Assembly (NCBI GenBank): GCA_964592435.1
Contig: CAZQCL010000001.1
Coordinates: 1 to 39,438 of the forward strand
Direction of reading: 5' to 3'
Length of the DNA stretch: 39,438 nucleotides
Source of the DNA: an uncultured Oscillospiraceae bacterium
GTDB lineage: Bacteria; Bacillota; Clostridia; Acetivibrionales; DTU013
A model generated the notes under the pieces. That model saw only the letters and a program-made list of their open reading frames with translations. It was not told where the DNA came from and made no database searches. A program made the position numbers and the translations under genes. Below, piece after piece: positions 35,437 through 39,438 of this stretch (the stretch's first letter is position 1; each line of letters opens with the position of its first letter).

Positions 35437-37266
35437 TTACGGTATCTCGGGCTTATACCAATACCTCATATCACTGTAATGATTCCAGGTATCCGGATTC
35501 TGCGGCCCCTTTATATTCTTGCTGTAAACCATAGCATCTCTGAGAAAATATAGACCTATATAGGGAGTATCTTCTTGTATTTGCTCCTTTAGCCCTTTGT
35601 ATAGCCGCTTTTTTCTGTCAGCGTTGTTTTCCTTGAACATATCAGCGATGCCCATTCCAATCTGTAAGTTAGAATAGCCTGAAACATTATAGGCAATCTC
35701 CGGTTCTCCGGACAAAGGGATAGGAAGATAAGAGTCTGAATACAAAAAAGACAAATCAGGTATCTGAGGTATTTTACAGCCGATAAAAGCAATATCATAC
35801 TTTGCAGTGTTAAGTCTATTCAACAGGTCATTCCATTCAATTTCCTTCAATTCAGCCGGTATTCCTCCCCCCTGAAGCTGTTCACATATTTCCTTTGCTA
35901 CACGGACTCTTGTACTATTATTCGAATTGACAATCAGCTCCACCTTTAGGTATTTTCTTAAGCCGCCTATTCTTTTGTAATACCCTTGCTTGCTTTCGCT
36001 CCAGCCCCCTAGCTTCAGTACTTCTGCCGGAGTGGTCGGCGGTGGAGCCTCTTGTGAATTCGACACCGTCTGCCTATCTTCTGTTACAGCGGCACCTTGC
36101 ATGCCAGGTGCATCCATTGACTCATCATCTAAAGACGGCAGCAAAGGTTGAAGACCCTCAACGTCGAAAATCCAACTATCGGGAAGTATCGGAAGATCAG
36201 CGGCTACAGCTTCTCCAAGCAGTGTTTTATTAATCAATGCATCCTTGTCGATTGCCATTTCAATGGCTTTTCGTGCATAGATGTCAGCAAAAACAGGGTT
36301 TTTCAGATTGAAAGCAAGAAACTCAAAGCTCCTTGAAGTAAACTTTTTTATATTTAGATCTGTTCTGTTTTTGTATTTAAGAAAATTCACCGCGTTGATT
36401 ACGGTCACATCAACTTCGCCAGTACGAAAGGCTCCCATAGCATCGTCCTGATTTTTAAATATATTCACATTTATTTTTTCTATATACATGATTTCCTTAC
36501 CTGCGCCGGCCCTATCCATATCACCTTCATCCGAACTGCTATCAGCTGCTATATTTAAATACCACCAGTTGGGATTGCATTGCATCCTCACAGCTTCGCT
36601 TTCAGTGTAGGAAATAAACATATAGGGTCCGGTCCCCACAGGTGAAAACTGCTCCGAAGCTGACAATACATCAATATTCTCAAACTGATGCTTCGGTATT
36701 ATCGGAAAAGTCATCATTTCCGGTGTGAAGGAATTAGGCTTCCCAAGCGCAATTCTAATGTTTGATGAGTCAACAGCCGCGCAGGTAATAACATTAAGAA
36801 GCAAAGGCTTATATACTGAATCAATTCCCTGATTTAAAATTGTCTGGATTGTGAATTCCACATCGTATGCAGTAAAAGGTTCCCCATCGTGCCATTTGAT
36901 GCCATCTCTTATGTGGAAATTCCAAATAAGTCCGTCGGCGGAAGGCGACCACTTGTCGGAAAGATGTGCAACGGCTTTTTGTCTGCCATCAAGTCGCGTT
37001 AGTCCTTCATAAAGGAAGCCCAAAAAATCGGACACATATTTATTCTTAGTCAAAATTGGATTAAGGCTGTCCGGTTCAGTCGAGAACAAATTTAAGGCGC
37101 CTCCGGAAACGGGACCCTTGTCCAAAATGTCATAATCTGCCCTATACCCATATTCACCGCTGCTATCATCGTAATCACCATAATTATATGGTCCAAAACC
37201 GGTCTGGCAGGATACAAGCAACAAGCAAGTAGAAAGTATTATAATCAATAAGACAGATTTCTTCAT
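35437..37266 (-). CDS. ABC-transporter family-5 (peptide/nickel, OppA/DppA-like) solute-binding lipoprotein, orphan
   Basis: Lipobox LLLVSC at residues 15-20 and the SBP_bac_5 fold pattern throughout. No permease or ATPase genes are adjacent. Confidence 0.85.
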   Translation of the reverse strand: MKKSVLLIIILSTCLLLVSCQTGFGPYNYGDYDDSSGEYGYRADYDILDKGPVSGGALNLFSTEPDSLNPILTKNKYVSDFLGFLYEGLTRLDGRQKAVAHLSDKWSPSADGLIWNFHIRDGIKWHDGEPFTAYDVEFTIQTILNQGIDSVYKPLLLNVITCAAVDSSNIRIALGKPNSFTPEMMTFPIIPKHQFENIDVLSASEQFSPVGTGPYMFISYTESEAVRMQCNPNWWYLNIAADSSSDEGDMDRAGAGKEIMYIEKINVNIFKNQDDAMGAFRTGEVDVTVINAVNFLKYKNRTDLNIKKFTSRSFEFLAFNLKNPVFADIYARKAIEMAIDKDALINKTLLGEAVAADLPILPDSWIFDVEGLQPLLPSLDDESMDAPGMQGAAVTEDRQTVSNSQEAPPPTTPAEVLKLGGWSESKQGYYKRIGGLRKYLKVELIVNSNNSTRVRVAKEICEQLQGGGIPAELKEIEWNDLLNRLNTAKYDIAFIGCKIPQIPDLSFLYSDSYLPIPLSGEPEIAYNVSGYSNLQIGMGIADMFKENNADRKKRLYKGLKEQIQEDTPYIGLYFLRDAMVYSKNIKGPQNPDTWNHYSDMRYWYKPEIP

Positions 37267-37348
37267 TAACGTCTCCTTAGCCAGTTTTCTCCTTTGTTTT
37301 TAACGGCCTAATTTCCTTACGTTTTTGATGATTCCCGCAAGCACTTCA

Positions 37349-37377
37349 ATATTATCATACGCGGTTTTCTTTCTCAA
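37349..37377 (-). promoter_or_regulatory. Putative sigma-A promoter of the SBP-lspA-rluD unit
   Basis: On the minus strand: TTGAGA (37377-37372), a 17-nt spacer, then TAATAT (37354-37349). Confidence 0.4.
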
Positions 37378-37388
37378 TACATATAAGT

Positions 37389-37412
37389 GAAGGCTATTGC
37401 GATGTAACCTTA
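37389..37412. repeat. Copy of the shared ~24-bp terminal motif (left bracket of the micro-ORF cassette)
   Basis: GAAGGCTATTGCGATGTAACCTTA. Similarity to the reverse complement of the 15391-side arm continues inward for about 45-50 nt (CCTTAATA-AG-TTAG..GCA..CACAATA). Confidence 0.6.
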
Positions 37413-37449
37413 ATAAAGCTTAGGTATGCAGACCACAATAATCAAGGAT

Positions 37450-37503
37450 GTGTCTTTGTAACACTTTGAATGCAAATACAAGAATGAAATGTTACAAAGA
37501 CAC
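37450..37503. repeat. Perfect 14-bp inverted repeat with a 26-nt spacer
   Basis: GTGTCTTTGTAACA (37450-37463) and TGTTACAAAGACAC (37490-37503). Confidence 0.85.
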
Positions 37504-37553
37504 CAGCTGCACAATTCTCCTGTATGTTTTCAACCGAAGCTCAGATGCAAACA

Positions 37554-37575
37554 GGCACAACAAAGGTTTTGTGCC
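37554..37575 (-). terminator. Weak terminator-like hairpin after the micro-ORF
   Basis: GGCACAA-N8-TTGTGCC (7-bp stem), followed on the minus strand by UGUUUGC. It lies 17 nt past the micro-ORF stop. Confidence 0.35.
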
Positions 37576-37591
37576 ACCTATACAGTGAAAA

Positions 37592-37723
37592 TCAGCATTT
37601 CTTATTGCATCCGATATTACTGCCGAAAATCCATGGGCATACAAGCAGTATTATGATAACAATAATGATTATCCACCAAATCCCACCAAATCCAAATCCC
37701 AAGCCTCTTTCTTCTTCATTCAT
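37592..37723 (-). CDS. 43-aa Gly-rich/hydrophobic micro-protein (tiny-TM, YjcZ-like sporulation peptide candidate)
   Basis: Absent from the ORF track because it is under 60 aa. The sequence ATG AAT GAA GAA GAA AGA GGC TTG GGA ... encodes MNEEERGLGFGFGGIWWIIIIVIIILLVCPWIFGSNIGCNKKC. A strong SD, GAGGTGG, lies 6 nt upstream. The antisense track ORF 37524..37745 has no SD. Confidence 0.5.
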   Translation of the reverse strand: MNEEERGLGFGFGGIWWIIIIVIIILLVCPWIFGSNIGCNKKC

Positions 37724-37745
37724 GGATATCCACCTCTTCGTATAA

Positions 37746-37773
37746 TGATTTCATAATATATAATATGAAATCA
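37746..37773. repeat. Perfect 10-bp inverted repeat spanning the micro-ORF promoter region
   Basis: TGATTTCATA (37746-37755) and TATGAAATCA (37764-37773), separated by an 8-nt AT spacer. Confidence 0.8.
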
Positions 37774-37785
37774 CAGCCTTTACGT
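37759..37785 (-). promoter_or_regulatory. Mother-cell sigma (sigma-K/E)-like promoter for the micro-ORF
   Basis: On the minus strand: AC (37785-37784), 16 nt, then CATATTATA (37767-37759). This fits the AC-N16/17-CATA-N3-TA sigma-K pattern. The call rests on a pattern match only. Confidence 0.3.
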
Positions 37786-37813
37786 TACCAATAACCAACC
37801 CGTACAAATGGCC

Positions 37814-37837
37814 TAAGGTAGCATCGCAAAAGCCTTA
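37814..37837. repeat. Copy of the shared ~24-bp terminal motif (right bracket of the micro-ORF cassette)
   Basis: TAAGGTAGCATCGCAAAAGCCTTA. Its reverse complement matches 37389-37412 at 20 of 24 positions. Confidence 0.6.
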
Positions 37838-37843
37838 ACAAAA

Positions 37844-37873
37844 GACTGCCGATAATTTTTATTATCGGCAGTC
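37844..37873 (-). terminator. Rho-independent terminator of spoVS
   Basis: Perfect 13-bp stem GACTGCCGATAAT/ATTATCGGCAGTC with a TTTT loop. On the minus strand it is followed by UUUUGUU. Confidence 0.8.
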
Positions 37874-37920
37874 AGTGGTGTTACAATAATCTTATGAGAA
37901 ATAAACCAGACTTAATGCGG

Positions 37921-38184
37921 CTAGTTTCTCGGTTCAACAATTAGCTTAATGGCAGTCCTTTCCTCCCCATCTATCATAATATCGGTAAAGGCAGGAATGC
38001 AAATCAGCTCGATCCCTGAAGGAGCTACAAAGCCCCGTGCTATTGCAACCGCCTTAACCGCTTGATTTAATGCACCGGCGCCAATCGCCTGCATTTCTGC
38101 CTTCCCCCTTTCTCTAATGACTCCTGCCAAGGCACCTGCTACGGAATTTGGGTTTGACTTTGCTGAAATTTTTAAAACATCCAT
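37921..38184 (-). CDS. spoVS: Stage V sporulation protein S
   Basis: 87 aa. MDVLKISAKSNPNSVAGALAGVIRERGKAEMQAIGAGALNQAVKAVAIARGF... shows full-length SpoVS identity. Confidence 0.95.
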   Translation of the reverse strand: MDVLKISAKSNPNSVAGALAGVIRERGKAEMQAIGAGALNQAVKAVAIARGFVAPSGIELICIPAFTDIMIDGEERTAIKLIVEPRN

Positions 38185-38225
38185 GATTTTTACCCCCTAA
38201 TGCAAACAATAGTTATAAATATTAA

Positions 38226-38250
38226 ATTCTACATAAAAATTCAAATTCCT
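38226..38250 (-). promoter_or_regulatory. Sigma-H-type promoter of spoVS
   Basis: On the minus strand: AGGAATT (38250-38244), 11 nt, then GTAGAAT (38232-38226). This fits RnAGGwWW-11/12-RnnGAAT. spoVS is sigma-H-dependent in Bacillus. Confidence 0.5.
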
Positions 38251-38339
38251 TTTTTATAGTTAATTTTTTGAAATTATGTTTTTTTTGTAGCGTTTTATTG
38301 GATGCAAGGGAGATTAAGCGCTAAATCTCCGCCACTTTT

Positions 38340-39113
38340 CTACAGGCTAAAAAATTTGGAAATTCTGCGGATGCTTATTGTTTTACCGGTCATTTCATCG
38401 ATATCAAGACACACCCCATTAAATTGAACAGTGCCCTTAGCAAGCTCGAACCGTACAGGCATGGACAGGAGAAATCTTTTAAGTATAATGTCTTTGTTGA
38501 CACCGATGATACCTTCATAAGGCCCAGTCATGCCAACATCAGTGATAAATGCGGTCCCACATGGCAAAATGCGTTCATCCGCTGTTTGCACATGTGTATG
38601 AGTACCTATGACTCCGCTGACTCTCCCATCCCCATGCCAGGCTATTGCACATTTTTCGGAGGTAGCCTCAGCATGAACATCTACAATTACAACTCTCACC
38701 TTGCTTTTAAGATATTCCAGCTCCCTGTCCAATGCTCTAAAGGGGCAATCTGCCTGCTCCATATATACTCTGCCAATAAGGCTGATGATTCCAAGCTTTC
38801 CGTCTATTATAGTTGAGCCCCTGCCGGGCACATTAATGGGATAATTGGCAGGCCGGACGATATTGGGATCGGAGTCGATGAAACTAATTATTTCCTTTTT
38901 AGACCAGGTGTGATTTCCCATCGTTATAGCATCTATCCCCATATTATAAAGCTCATTGGCTACAACATAGCTAATGCCCTTACCGCCTGCTGCATTTTCC
39001 CCATTTGCAATACAATAATCAAAGGATAACTCCTTTTTCAAATCCAGAATACACTGTTTTGCAGCTTTCCTTCCGGGGCTTCCAACAATATCTCCAATAA
39101 ATAATACCTTCAA
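38340..39113 (-). CDS. ymdB: YmdB-family metallophosphoesterase (2',3'-cyclic-nucleotide phosphodiesterase, TIGR00282)
   Basis: KVLFIGDIVGSPGR N-terminus, plus GNHTW and GTHTHV motifs. I trimmed to the TTG at 39113, where GGAGG lies 8 nt upstream. The track start at 39131 overlaps that SD. Confidence 0.9.
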   Translation of the reverse strand: MKVLFIGDIVGSPGRKAAKQCILDLKKELSFDYCIANGENAAGGKGISYVVANELYNMGIDAITMGNHTWSKKEIISFIDSDPNIVRPANYPINVPGRGSTIIDGKLGIISLIGRVYMEQADCPFRALDRELEYLKSKVRVVIVDVHAEATSEKCAIAWHGDGRVSGVIGTHTHVQTADERILPCGTAFITDVGMTGPYEGIIGVNKDIILKRFLLSMPVRFELAKGTVQFNGVCLDIDEMTGKTISIRRISKFFSL

Positions 39114-39163
39114 TGCATATTCCTCCGTCAATTATCAATCTTACCATTACTTCTCCAATATAA

Positions 39164-39191
39164 CACAAAAAGCGTGTATATACACGCTTTT
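39164..39191 (-). terminator. Terminator-like palindrome between rny and ymdB
   Basis: AAAAGCGTGTA-TA-TACACGCTTTT is a perfect palindrome. On the minus strand it is followed by UUUUUGUGUU. Confidence 0.65.
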
Positions 39192-39217
39192 GTGAAAGCA
39201 CCAATTAAGGAGCTTAC

Positions 39218-39438
39218 TTATTTTGCATATTCAATTGCCCTTGTCTCACGTATTACATTCACTTTAATTTGGCCGGGATACTCAAGCTCACTTTCAATCT
39301 GCTTGACTATTTCCCTTGCTTTTAGCACCATTTCATCATCGGACACATCTTCAGGCTTGACAATAATTCTTATTTCTCTGCCTGCTTGAATTGCGTAGCA
39401 CTTTTCTACTCCTGGGAAAGAATTTGCTATCTCTTCAA
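39218..39438 (-). CDS. rny: Ribonuclease Y, C-terminal 72 codons (gene continues beyond the window end)
   Basis: The minus strand reads [72 protein letters not shown]-stop, the conserved RNase Y C-terminus. The rny-ymdB-spoVS synteny supports the call. Confidence 0.9.
   Translation of the reverse strand, partial: EEIANSFPGVEKCYAIQAGREIRIIVKPEDVSDDEMVLKAREIVKQIESELEYPGQIKVNVIRETRAIEYAK

Noticed and set aside
37524-37745. A 73-aa plus-strand ORF in the spoVS-SBP spacer.
   Set aside because: It has no purine-rich SD (CTCCTGT precedes the ATG). It is antisense to a 43-codon ORF that has a strong GAGGTGG SD and a plausible small-membrane-protein sequence.
39174-39389. A 71-aa plus-strand ORF at the right edge of the window.
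   Set aside because: It is antisense to the unmistakable RNase Y C-terminus (…[18 protein letters not shown]), and its start lies inside the rny terminator palindrome.

Overview
This is an AT-rich chromosomal core region of a spore-forming Firmicute, most likely a member of the Clostridia. That placement rests on the rny-ymdB-spoVS, miaB-mutS-mutL-miaA-hfq and yneA/lexA synteny. All but three coding regions are on the minus strand. Reading the minus strand from the right end, the order is as follows. (1) rny (3' end only)-ymdB-spoVS. (2) A 449-bp cassette carrying a 43-codon micro-ORF. (3) An orphan family-5 solute-binding lipoprotein, then lspA and rluD. (4) A PyrR-attenuated pyrimidine operon pyrR-pyrB-pyrC-pyrF-carB-pyrK-pyrD, with no carA and no canonical pyrE. 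It is followed by a separately promoted histidine-phosphatase + divergent OPRTase-like pair. (5) miaB-mutS-mutL-miaA-hfq. (6) The divergent SOS pair yneA-like/lexA with three LexA boxes. (7) A TMTC-like GT-C/TPR membrane protein (+ strand), preceded by a decayed GH18 remnant. (8) cysteine desulfurase-thiI-vanW-DUF2225-AIR-synthase-like. (9) glyA-rarA-small membrane protein-larA. (10) iscR-nifS-iscU (5' end only). I found no rRNA, tRNA, CRISPR array, transposase, integrase, or recognisable defence or toxin genes, and I see no clear new multi-gene system. Five observations are not explained by the gene content. (a) A repeat family whose ~24-bp ends occur four times as two inverted pairs: a 124-bp palindromic unit in the lexA-hfq spacer, and the brackets of the micro-ORF cassette. 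(b) The translationally coupled phosphatase/PRTase-like pair at the end of the pyr cluster. (c) An intrinsic terminator inside the short glyA leader. (d) A second terminator overlapping the pyrR stop codon with no PyrR box. (e) A GH18 deletion remnant next to the TMTC-like glycosyltransferase. All coordinates come from reading the sequence by eye. No database searches were run.
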